IMG/VR virus record: IMGVR_UViG_3300027746_000697
Span: 32,001-96,000 of that record
Reading direction: 5' to 3' (one strand)
Length of the DNA: 64,000 nt
Origin: a virus
The notes beneath the pieces are model-generated. The model made no database searches, was not told the origin of the DNA, and saw nothing but the letters and a program-made list of their open reading frames with translations. Of the stretch, positions 46,489 through 54,733 are shown one piece after another. Made by a program: the position numbers and the translations under genes. The stretch's first letter is position 1. Each line of letters begins with the position of its first letter.

Positions 46489-46618
46489 TAGGATACTAAC
46501 AGCATATTTTACATTCCAAACTTTGAGTTGTAGGTTCGAATCCTACCTTCCAATCAAGCCTAAACAGCAGTTGGTTGTAGATCAATGGTAGATCAAAAGT
46601 CGTAAAAAATGTATCCTG
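46489..46618 (+). ncRNA. CAGCA-module RNA copy 4: YrlA/Y-RNA-like circularly permuted tRNA mimic
   Basis: TAGGATAC..CAGCA / GTATCCTG closing stem enclosing T-arm GTAGG-TTCGAAT-CCTAC, loop-closed acceptor-like stem and D-arm GATC-AATGGTA-GATC. Confidence 0.72.
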
Positions 46619-46695
46619 TTTAACCAAAATATAGTGACAAGAGACAGTAGAGATACTATAATAGTCGTATAGCAAGTAACACTGCTAAGAAGTTT

Positions 46696-46847
46696 TAGGA
46701 TCGGTTCAGCAACATCAATTAAACTGATGGTCGGCTTAATCGGCAGGTACTGGTGGAGGGGCTTGTCCCCATTGAAACTGGTGCTGAGCCGCGTCGACGA
46801 GGTGAGTTAGTTTTCTCACTTGAAACAAAAAGGCAAAAACGATCCTG
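46696..46847 (+). ncRNA. CAGCA-module RNA copy 5
   Basis: TAGGATCG-GTTCAGCAA...AAAAA-CGATCCTG; long nested hairpin cargo; promoter GTGACA-17-TATAAT at 46634-46662. Confidence 0.65.
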
Positions 46848-46853
46848 TTAGTT

Positions 46854-47085
46854 TTGGATGACTACAGCAATTTAAACTACTAACGTAACTGCTATAGAAG
46901 GTGGTCGAAGGACACAGTAGAAATACTGTTCTAGAAATAGACGCTCAAGAAATAGATAGACTGGCAAAGCACCAGATATGATTCGCATACAGAAAAACAT
47001 GCGATAGGCAACATGAATGTTGCTAGGGTCTGGGTGCCGTAATTGGCCAGACCAGAATACTAAACAAATTGGCACGATCATCCTG
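46854..47085 (+). ncRNA. CAGCA-module RNA copy 6 (multi-hairpin cargo)
   Basis: GGATGA-CTACAGCAA...TCATCCTG; several short hairpins, three AGAAATA motifs. Confidence 0.6.
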
Positions 47086-47094
47086 TTAAAGTTT

Positions 47095-47150
47095 TAGAAT
47101 GTTAACAGCAACTTTAAATTTCACTATAATCGAAAATAAAATACATTCTG
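47095..47150 (+). ncRNA. CAGCA-module RNA copy 7 (5' leader of Ro-like gene)
   Basis: TAGAATGT-TAACAGCAA...ACATTCTG, ending just before AAAGG RBS and ATG 47165. Confidence 0.65.
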
Positions 47151-47164
47151 TAAAGGTAATCAAA

Positions 47165-48574
47165 ATGAACGCATTTGTAAACGCAGTAGCAAACCAAGAA
47201 GCCCGTACTGAAAACGGTATGAAGGCACGTAAGTCAACAGCTTCGGCTTGTGTTGACTTGTTCTACAAGATCGGCGCAAGCCGTGGCAAGGACATCACAG
47301 GCGACTTCACAGCCGCTTATGTGGAAAACTCTGATGTAGCACTACGCATCGCACAATGGGCACGTGATGTCCGTGGTGGTGCAGGTGAACGTCAACTGTT
47401 CCGCGATATTCTAGTTCATCTAGAAAAGCGTGACCCAGACGCCGCTTTGGCTCTTCTAAAGAAGGTTCCAGAAGTTGGTCGTTGGGATGACATCTTTGTC
47501 TTCCAGGGCCCAGTCCTGAAGTCAGCCGCTTATACCATGTTGGGTGATGCCCTACGTGCTAAGAACGGTTTGGCTGCAAAGTGGACTCCTCGTAAGGGGC
47601 AAATTGCCGCTGAAGTTCGTGCCTTCTTTGGCATGACTCCAAAGCAATACCGTAAGTCATTGGTAACAATGACCACAGTTGTTGAAACCCAAATGTGTGC
47701 AGGAGATTGGGACAACATCAACTTCAGTCACGTGCCAAGTGTTGCGTCACGCAACTACAAGAAGGCATTCAACCGTCACACAACTCTGTTCGCAGAGTAT
47801 GTGGCCCGGTTGGTAAGTGGTGATAAGACTGTTAAGGTTAACGCCAACGCAATCTTCCCACATGACGTGCTGAAGGGAATCGCTCACAGCTACACCAAGC
47901 TGGACAAGACAGAAACCGACCATGTGATCGCACAATGGGATGCTCTGCCAAACTATGTAGGTGACGCAAGTATCCTGCCTCTAGTTGACGTAAGTGGTAG
48001 TATGACCTGCGCCGCAGGTAAGAACACACAAGTACGTTGTTTGGACGTTGCAGTTAGCCTTGGTTTGTACTTGGCAGATAAGAACAAGGGAGTGTTCAAG
48101 GACACATTCTTGACTTTCTCAAGCAAGCCACAACTGGTTACTCTAAAGGGTAACATTGTTGACAAGGTAACCCAAATGTCTAAGAGCGACTGGGAAATGA
48201 GCACTAACCTAAATGCGGCTATGAACAAGATTCTAGACGTAGCAGTTAAGGGCGCAGTACCAGCAAGCGATATGCCAGCCATGTTGCTGATCTTGTCAGA
48301 CATGCAGTTCAACCAATGCGCCAAGTTTGACGACAGCGCAATGCAAATGATCGAACGCAAGTTTGCAGATGCAGGTTACACTGTGCCACAGATTGTTTTC
48401 TGGAACCTAAACAGTTCAGACAACGTGCCTGTGGCGTCAGACAAGAGTGGTGCCGCATTGGTAAGTGGATTTAGTCCAAGTATCATGACTAGCTTGCTAG
48501 CCGCTGATATGGATCAATTCACTCCAGAAGGCATCATGCTTAAGACTGTAATGAGTGATCGTTACGCTCTGTAA
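47165..48574 (+). CDS. Ro60/TROVE-like RNA-binding protein with vWA domain (DUF2828-type)
   Basis: TENG, RDVRGGAGER, GRWDD, AAKWTPR, MIDAS DVSGSM, STN, ILSDMQF, IVFWNL, VSGFSP. Confidence 0.82.
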   Translation: MNAFVNAVANQEARTENGMKARKSTASACVDLFYKIGASRGKDITGDFTAAYVENSDVALRIAQWARDVRGGAGERQLFRDILVHLEKRDPDAALALLKKVPEVGRWDDIFVFQGPVLKSAAYTMLGDALRAKNGLAAKWTPRKGQIAAEVRAFFGMTPKQYRKSLVTMTTVVETQMCAGDWDNINFSHVPSVASRNYKKAFNRHTTLFAEYVARLVSGDKTVKVNANAIFPHDVLKGIAHSYTKLDKTETDHVIAQWDALPNYVGDASILPLVDVSGSMTCAAGKNTQVRCLDVAVSLGLYLADKNKGVFKDTFLTFSSKPQLVTLKGNIVDKVTQMSKSDWEMSTNLNAAMNKILDVAVKGAVPASDMPAMLLILSDMQFNQCAKFDDSAMQMIERKFADAGYTVPQIVFWNLNSSDNVPVASDKSGAALVSGFSPSIMTSLLAADMDQFTPEGIMLKTVMSDRYAL

Positions 48575-48791
48575 GAACTGCTGGCCCACCTTAGCCTAGG
48601 CTGAGAACCCAGCATCCGCGATACACGAAATGTGGGATGGGCTGTGTATCCGGGGTTTGTTACTCTTCCTGACACAAAAAAGAGTAACACTAATTCGTTG
48701 TTTTATTACAACACCAATCCAGTTAACTTGAGGTTGACTGGATTTCTTTTTGATGCTATAATATACACATACTAGCAAACAGGAGCGATAA

Positions 48792-48983
48792 ATGGGTTTC
48801 AAAATTTTGGGCAGAACACAAGACATCATGCAAGGCTACGGACCTATCCCAAAAATGGAGGGCCCTTTTTACTTTAACGGACGTATCTTGTATTATGATC
48901 CAAAAGAAGGTAAGTACTGGGATCCCAAGACGGATTTTTATGTTCCGCATGATGAATATTTTCGAATAGTAGGATTGATGTAA
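48792..48983 (+). CDS. hypothetical phage protein
   Basis: AGGAG RBS, promoter TTGACT..TATAAT; EGPF...LYYDPKEGKYWD. Confidence 0.7.
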   Translation: MGFKILGRTQDIMQGYGPIPKMEGPFYFNGRILYYDPKEGKYWDPKTDFYVPHDEYFRIVGLM

Positions 48984-49450
48984 TGCCAAAATGCTATCAA
49001 TTAATTGGAGTTCCTGCCGCTGGTAAAAGTACTTGGGTTAATAGTCAAGAATGGACTGTGGGTATGGAGTATGTAAGTACAGATCATCATGTGGAAGTTT
49101 ATGCCAAGGAGCAAGGTAAGACTTATTCCGAAGTATTCACAGAATACATGCCCACAGCAGTTGAACTAATGGCACAAGAAGTTGTAGAAGCACGAGAAGC
49201 AGGTCGAGATATAATTTGGGATCAAACCAGCACCACTGTTAAAAGTCGTGCTCGTAAGTTTAACATGTTGCCGGACTACTATCATATTGCGGTAGTGTTT
49301 CGAACACCCGAGCATAAAGAACTAGTTCGCAGATTAACTAGTCGTTGGGAGTCTGGAAAAATCGTGCCTGAACATGTTGTTGCTAGCATGATTGCCAGTT
49401 GGGAAGAACCTACTGAAGAAGAAGGCTTCAAAGAAATTTGGAGAGTTTAA
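48983..49450 (+). CDS. P-loop kinase (AAA_33, polynucleotide-kinase-like)
   Basis: GVPAAGKST, STD, IWDQT...R. Confidence 0.82.
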   Translation: MPKCYQLIGVPAAGKSTWVNSQEWTVGMEYVSTDHHVEVYAKEQGKTYSEVFTEYMPTAVELMAQEVVEAREAGRDIIWDQTSTTVKSRARKFNMLPDYYHIAVVFRTPEHKELVRRLTSRWESGKIVPEHVVASMIASWEEPTEEEGFKEIWRV

Positions 49451-49459
49451 GGAAAAATT

Positions 49460-49705
49460 ATGACTATTAGAGAGTATGAAAGTATACAAGGCGATAACTT
49501 AGAAGAATCTGATATGGCTCAACTGTTGTCGACCACCGCAAACGCAGACGCGGTAGCTCGAATAAGAGCACAACTGCCAACAGGTCCTAGTTTAAGTCAT
49601 TGCGATGAATGTGGGGAAGAAATCCCCAAAGCAAGACAACTAGCAGTTAAAGGCTGTAAAATGTGTATTGATTGTCAAATCGTAAGTGAACGTATGAAAC
49701 GTTAA
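49460..49705 (+). CDS. DksA/TraR C4-type zinc finger protein
   Basis: CDECGEEIPKARQLAVKGCKMCIDCQ. Confidence 0.9.
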   Translation: MTIREYESIQGDNLEESDMAQLLSTTANADAVARIRAQLPTGPSLSHCDECGEEIPKARQLAVKGCKMCIDCQIVSERMKR

Positions 49706-49714
49706 GGAGGCAGT

Positions 49715-50227
49715 ATGCCGTGGATTGAAAATATTCCGTTGGAAAATGTAGCAAAAGGACAGCATCACGATTGCGGCGCCAACAGTATGCTGATACAGAT
49801 TTCAGATCATGACATGGCGTTTCCCTCACCTAAACATCAGTTCAAAGAAGTACATCAATTTACTTTTTTGGATATTGAAGAAGATGGTATGACCAATACC
49901 GGTGGAGGAATGATTGATCTAAGTGAGTTTGCTATTACAGATGAACAAGCAGAACAACTTGTCCGTTTGTTGCAACACGCATGGGAAAATCGTATGAATG
50001 TTGTGGTTCACTGTCACGCTGGCATTTGCAGATCGGGTGCGGTTTGTGAGGTTGGAGTCATGATGGGATTCAATGATTGCGAGCGTTTCCGTAGTCCTAA
50101 TCTTTTGGTCAAACACAAAATGATGCGACTATTGGGTTGGACGTATGACAGCGAAGAAAAGCCATATGATGTAAATGGCACTACCAACGAATGGGGGTTT
50201 ATTACCCCAAATAAAGTAGTTGACTAA
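49715..50227 (+). CDS. Cys-dependent (CX5R) phosphatase
   Basis: FLD, VHCHAGICRSGA, PN. Confidence 0.82.
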   Translation: MPWIENIPLENVAKGQHHDCGANSMLIQISDHDMAFPSPKHQFKEVHQFTFLDIEEDGMTNTGGGMIDLSEFAITDEQAEQLVRLLQHAWENRMNVVVHCHAGICRSGAVCEVGVMMGFNDCERFRSPNLLVKHKMMRLLGWTYDSEEKPYDVNGTTNEWGFITPNKVVD

Positions 50228-50275
50228 TTACTGTGTAGATGCTATAATACTACATTAAACAGTGAAAGGCATCAA

Positions 50276-50446
50276 ATGGCTGGCAAAGCAAAATCGGTTT
50301 ACTTGACGGTGACTACCATGCAACACAAATCCGTGTTTCATCGTGTGTTTTTTAATGCTAAAGACTTTAACGAGTATGTTAATTCCGAAGAGTTCAAAGC
50401 AAAATATCCAACAACTGAATTTAAAATTGTAAAAGAAACTTACTAA
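50276..50446 (+). CDS. small hypothetical protein (56 aa)
   Basis: Promoter TTGACT..TATAAT and AAAGG RBS; MAGKAKSVYLTV...VKETY. Confidence 0.65.
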   Translation: MAGKAKSVYLTVTTMQHKSVFHRVFFNAKDFNEYVNSEEFKAKYPTTEFKIVKETY

Positions 50447-50461
50447 CAAAAGGAGCATAAT

Positions 50462-51067
50462 ATGCCAAGTGTATTCTTAGTAAGCGACACGCACTTTGGA
50501 CACATGGGTGTATGCCGCTTCACACGTAACGATGGTGTTACAAAACTTCGCCCATGGGACTCAGCAGAGGAAATGGACGAAGCAATGGTTAAAGCGTGGA
50601 ACGAACGGGTAAAACCCACTGACAAAGTTTACCATTTAGGTGACGTTGTTATCAATCGTAAAGCGTTAAAAATCTTATCCAGGCTTAACGGTGATAAAGT
50701 GTTAATTCGTGGTAACCACGATATCTTTAGGGACGACGAGTATCGCTTGTACTTTAGAGAACTTAGGGCTTATCACGTTATGAATGGCATGATTCTTAGC
50801 CATATTCCGTTACATTCGGATTCCTTGGGTCGTTTTGGAACCAACATTCACGGACATACTCACGCAAATCGTGTGAAACGAGCCCGTGGAGTTGATGCTA
50901 GAACTGGAGCTGTTCTGTACAGCGAAGAGAACGATGTGCGCTACCATTGTGTATGCGTGGAACAAACTCCGGACTTTGCTCCAATTCTGTTTGAAGATGT
51001 CATAAAGAACATCGAAGCAGAAGGTGGATCAATAGGATTCAAGAGTGGCAACGGACCTACTATGTAA
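50462..51067 (+). CDS. calcineurin-like metallophosphoesterase
   Basis: SDTHFGH, HLGD, RGNHD, SHIP, HGHTH. Confidence 0.9.
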   Translation: MPSVFLVSDTHFGHMGVCRFTRNDGVTKLRPWDSAEEMDEAMVKAWNERVKPTDKVYHLGDVVINRKALKILSRLNGDKVLIRGNHDIFRDDEYRLYFRELRAYHVMNGMILSHIPLHSDSLGRFGTNIHGHTHANRVKRARGVDARTGAVLYSEENDVRYHCVCVEQTPDFAPILFEDVIKNIEAEGGSIGFKSGNGPTM

Positions 51068-51080
51068 TATAGTAGTGTTT

Positions 51081-51109
51081 AAAATAGGCTCTTCGGAGCC
51101 TATTTTTTT
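51081..51109 (+). terminator. intrinsic terminator
   Basis: AAAATAGGCTC-TTCG-GAGCCTATTTTTTT. Confidence 0.85.
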
Positions 51110-51137
51110 GATTAGAATTTTGCGCTATAAATATATC

Positions 51138-51728
51138 ATGGATTTAAAAAATATTTTTGTGTTTGATACTGATTTTTCCACAATCATTGAGGATCTCCCG
51201 TGGATGGTGTTGGAGAATCTTGACTGGAAAACTAGCGTACCATATTTTCTGCCCAACGGTGATGCTTGGGCCAATTGGACTCCTAATTGGTGTAGAGAAT
51301 TAAAATCAATAGTAGACAGCAAGTTTTTCAAAATAAACCCGGTAGCTAGTATAGAGTTATATCAAATGTTCATCCACAACATGCCAAAGGGCATAGATCC
51401 GTCCAACACAATACACAGGGATTGGCCAATGTTCAACACTTGGGCCGCTGTTGTAATGCTCAAAGGCAACGGAGGTTTAAATTTTTACGAAGAATATGAC
51501 AATAAGTCATTGTTGCATACGGTCAAGTTCAAAGTGGGGAGAATTTTGATTTTTCCTAGCATATATTGGCATCGAGTTGACTTGGTTACAGAAGATCGCA
51601 TCAGCGTGGGTATGCTGTATAACAGCAATAATCTAGTACCCAATATGGCAGATGTGTTGCCATTATGTACGTGCAAATTGCGTACAACCCAGTTAATTTG
51701 CGACGGAAGCCATTCACATTTGAATTAA
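51138..51728 (+). CDS. 2OG-Fe(II) oxygenase with C-terminal CDGSH iron-sulfur motif
   Basis: IHRD, IFPSIYWHRV, RIS; LCTCK..TQLICDGSH; TATAAATA upstream. Confidence 0.7.
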   Translation: MDLKNIFVFDTDFSTIIEDLPWMVLENLDWKTSVPYFLPNGDAWANWTPNWCRELKSIVDSKFFKINPVASIELYQMFIHNMPKGIDPSNTIHRDWPMFNTWAAVVMLKGNGGLNFYEEYDNKSLLHTVKFKVGRILIFPSIYWHRVDLVTEDRISVGMLYNSNNLVPNMADVLPLCTCKLRTTQLICDGSHSHLN

Positions 51729-51821
51729 AATAGCAGTTTAAACTCATAAGCGTTTAGCTCAAATGAATAAATATACTATAATGATCAATCAATTTGATTA
51801 AAGAATATTGGAGATAAACGC

Positions 51822-53060
51822 ATGTCGCTACGTATTAGACGAGGAACAGAAGCTCAGAGACCAAGTGCCGCCTTTGACTTAGGTGAAATAGTATGGACTA
51901 CGGATACCAATAAATTATACGTTGGAGACGGGGTTAATCTTGGCGGCAAGAACATTTTAGCGACTAGTGCAGGAACTGGACTAATATGGAACGCTGTTAC
52001 ACAACGATTGGATTTTAACGGATCGGGCACAGGAATTGTAAATATACAAGCAGATACTAACCCATCGTTAGGCGGCAATTTAAATTTAAATAGTAGAAAT
52101 ATCACTGGGATCGGCAGTATTACAATATCTGGTACGTTATCTGTTACTGGATTAGGTTCAAATTTAAACTTAAATACGCGAAACATTACTGGTTCCGGTA
52201 ATATTAACACAACAGGCACTGCCACATTTACTGGTAATCTTACGTCAAATAACGTTACCACTACCGGCTCGCAAATCAATACATTCAACGGCCCAAGTAT
52301 TTTTTCACTAAACGGTGCCGACAACAAGATTGTAACAATTGCCCCGCAAACTACTGGACAACCGTCGTTGGACATTATACAGATAATGCCGTTCACACAA
52401 GGCGTAGCATTCAGCGGAATGCGTGGAACATTAGCATCTCCACAAATTTCTCAAGTAGGTGACGGGCTAGGTTCTGTACAATTCCGTGTCAAATATACAA
52501 CTACTCCAGTTGCTCCGTCTGACGGATTTGCAGGAGTTGCTGGAATAGTTGGTAATGTCACTGACATGGGTAACGGCAGTACAATTTCACCTTCGGGAAA
52601 ACTACAATTTATGTTAGTTAATCCTATTACACCAAATGACTTTGCAACTGTTTATCTAAGCGAGTTTACTGCTCCAGGTGTATGGACAGCTCCTGGATTT
52701 ATTTCTAAATCTAAAATTAGCCAAGCTGGTATTGGATATGGCACAGGGGCTGGCAGCACTGCGGTACAAGGCACTAGCAGAACAACTTCAGTCACTATCA
52801 ATGCACCATGCGGGACTATCACATTGTTTAATACAACGGCTACTGCTGGACAGTTGACTACATTTACTGTTAATAACACTATAGTCGATCCAACCGACGT
52901 GGTAACTGTGAGCATAAAAACATCCGCAGGATTCCATATGGTTGGAGTTACAAGTACAACTACTGATGCATTTACAGTTAGTGTTTATACTCCAAATGCT
53001 GTTGCAGTAGCTGAAGCTCCTGTATTAAATTTTGCAGTTGTAAAATCAGTAGCTGCCTAA
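51822..53060 (+). CDS. tail fiber-like virion protein
   Basis: LRIRRGT...GEIVWTTDTNKLYVGDG N-terminal module, LGGNLNLN repeats. Confidence 0.75.
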   Translation: MSLRIRRGTEAQRPSAAFDLGEIVWTTDTNKLYVGDGVNLGGKNILATSAGTGLIWNAVTQRLDFNGSGTGIVNIQADTNPSLGGNLNLNSRNITGIGSITISGTLSVTGLGSNLNLNTRNITGSGNINTTGTATFTGNLTSNNVTTTGSQINTFNGPSIFSLNGADNKIVTIAPQTTGQPSLDIIQIMPFTQGVAFSGMRGTLASPQISQVGDGLGSVQFRVKYTTTPVAPSDGFAGVAGIVGNVTDMGNGSTISPSGKLQFMLVNPITPNDFATVYLSEFTAPGVWTAPGFISKSKISQAGIGYGTGAGSTAVQGTSRTTSVTINAPCGTITLFNTTATAGQLTTFTVNNTIVDPTDVVTVSIKTSAGFHMVGVTSTTTDAFTVSVYTPNAVAVAEAPVLNFAVVKSVAA

Positions 53061-53121
53061 TATCATAATTAAAAGCCCTTGCACGTTAGGATACTAAATA
53101 TCCTACAACAAGGGCTTTCTA

Positions 53122-53853
53122 ATGAATAGATTTATTACAGATCCAGAAAATTATACGTTTGCCAATCTTCAAAATTACGACTGGGATGTAATACAAACTA
53201 ATATTACCGTGGATTCTTCTAAAATGATGGAATGGTTTAATTCCATAGAAGACCAATTTACCGATTGTTGTTATAGTCCACTTGGCGATATGGATTTAAC
53301 AGACCCAGCTAAGAAAGAATTTGCACTGTCATTTATCCCAAACAATTTAGTTTGGGGATTACCGTTACAATGGACACTTCAATGGTCTTACGACAGACCG
53401 GGTAAACTTCCATTTTTACAACTTGCAGACCCTGCACAATTTCCAGAAATTTCAGATCCAGACTTTCAAAAAAAGTTTAATAAAAATCTTCCAAAGTACT
53501 TGTTTGGTATGTATAAAACATACTATAATACGTTTGGTCCAGAATGTTTTGAAGTAACACGTTTAGTAAAAATGAATCAAGACGTGGGATTACGGACTCA
53601 TGTGGATATACAGAATCCAGAATTTTTAATCAGAATGCATTTGCAAATTCAGGTAGATGAAAATGCGTGGTGGAAATTTGGCGACAACATGGAAAGAAAA
53701 TATACATTTGAACAAGGAAGAGTTTATTTGTATAATACCGCAGTTAAACACGCGGCACGGAACGAAAGCTCTGCCCCTTGGATTATGTTGCACAATAATC
53801 CAATTGCAAGCTCAATTGATAAACTTTTAAAAACTTCTATGCACATAGGATAA
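53122..53853 (+). CDS. Asp/Asn beta-hydroxylase-like 2OG oxygenase
   Basis: THVD, RMHL, YNTAVKHAARN. Confidence 0.75.
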   Translation: MNRFITDPENYTFANLQNYDWDVIQTNITVDSSKMMEWFNSIEDQFTDCCYSPLGDMDLTDPAKKEFALSFIPNNLVWGLPLQWTLQWSYDRPGKLPFLQLADPAQFPEISDPDFQKKFNKNLPKYLFGMYKTYYNTFGPECFEVTRLVKMNQDVGLRTHVDIQNPEFLIRMHLQIQVDENAWWKFGDNMERKYTFEQGRVYLYNTAVKHAARNESSAPWIMLHNNPIASSIDKLLKTSMHIG

Positions 53854-53854
53854 T

Positions 53855-54733
53855 ATGACAGTTACTGGCAAAACACTTAGAGAAGCCCTTCAACTTAATG
53901 CAGTAGTTCCTCACCCTTTAGACTTGTGGCCGTATCGACACACAACTATGATTCCAAATCAAAGTTTTGATTGGTCTGGCACTGATCATGAAACATTGTA
54001 TAAACGTAATCTTAGAAATTTGCCAGACAACTGGATTTATAGAACCAAGAAAATTACCTATAACTATAACGAGCAGGGACTTAGGATGCCTAAAAGTGTC
54101 TATGCTGTCGATAAAGATTATATTTTATTTTCAGGTACTAGCTATACACAAGGTTTAGGAGTAGCAGAAGAAGATAGATTTTGTAATCGTGTAAGTGCAG
54201 AATTGGGGTTAGATTTTATCCCGCATGGTGGGCCAACATTCACTATTAAAACAAATGCTATTTCTTTTTTTAATTTTTTAGACACTAACATGCCTCTGCC
54301 TAAAATATTTGTTATGGAATATCACAAAACCAATTGTTGGACATATTACTCTGAAAATAATTTTGTTCATATACATAACTCGCACGGTACACTAAAACAT
54401 TTACCCGAAGGTAAACAATTTACTAGTCACATCGAGTCTTATAAAAAAATAGCAGAGACTGACCATTTTTTACACGAATCGAATTTATATCGCAATATGA
54501 TGAAAGCAACTTGTAAACGTTTAGGAATAAAATTTGTAGAAGTTAGTTTTGACGAACCTACTGAACCCTTTATCACTGAGAACGGAATTAAACGTGTAGA
54601 TATGAGTTCGCATAGTGACGATATAAACTATTGTTTTGGTAGAGATGTACGGGTGCGGCCAGAAGGATATTATTCTCATCCAGGTATCGGTTTACACGGA
54701 GAAGCGGCCGAGCTAATTTTATCTCAAGTATGA
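53855..54733 (+). CDS. SGNH-like hypothetical protein
   Basis: YNYNEQGLR, FSGTSYTQGLGV, HPG. Confidence 0.6.
   Translation: MTVTGKTLREALQLNAVVPHPLDLWPYRHTTMIPNQSFDWSGTDHETLYKRNLRNLPDNWIYRTKKITYNYNEQGLRMPKSVYAVDKDYILFSGTSYTQGLGVAEEDRFCNRVSAELGLDFIPHGGPTFTIKTNAISFFNFLDTNMPLPKIFVMEYHKTNCWTYYSENNFVHIHNSHGTLKHLPEGKQFTSHIESYKKIAETDHFLHESNLYRNMMKATCKRLGIKFVEVSFDEPTEPFITENGIKRVDMSSHSDDINYCFGRDVRVRPEGYYSHPGIGLHGEAAELILSQV

Noticed and set aside
34694-47150. CAGCA and TAAAGCAYA repeats as a CRISPR array
   Set aside because: Copies are dispersed, vary with compensatory changes, have irregular insert lengths, and no cas genes are present.
47099-47164. ORF-track N-terminal extension of the Ro-like protein
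   Set aside because: It overlaps CAGCA module 7; the RBS-supported start is ATG 47165.
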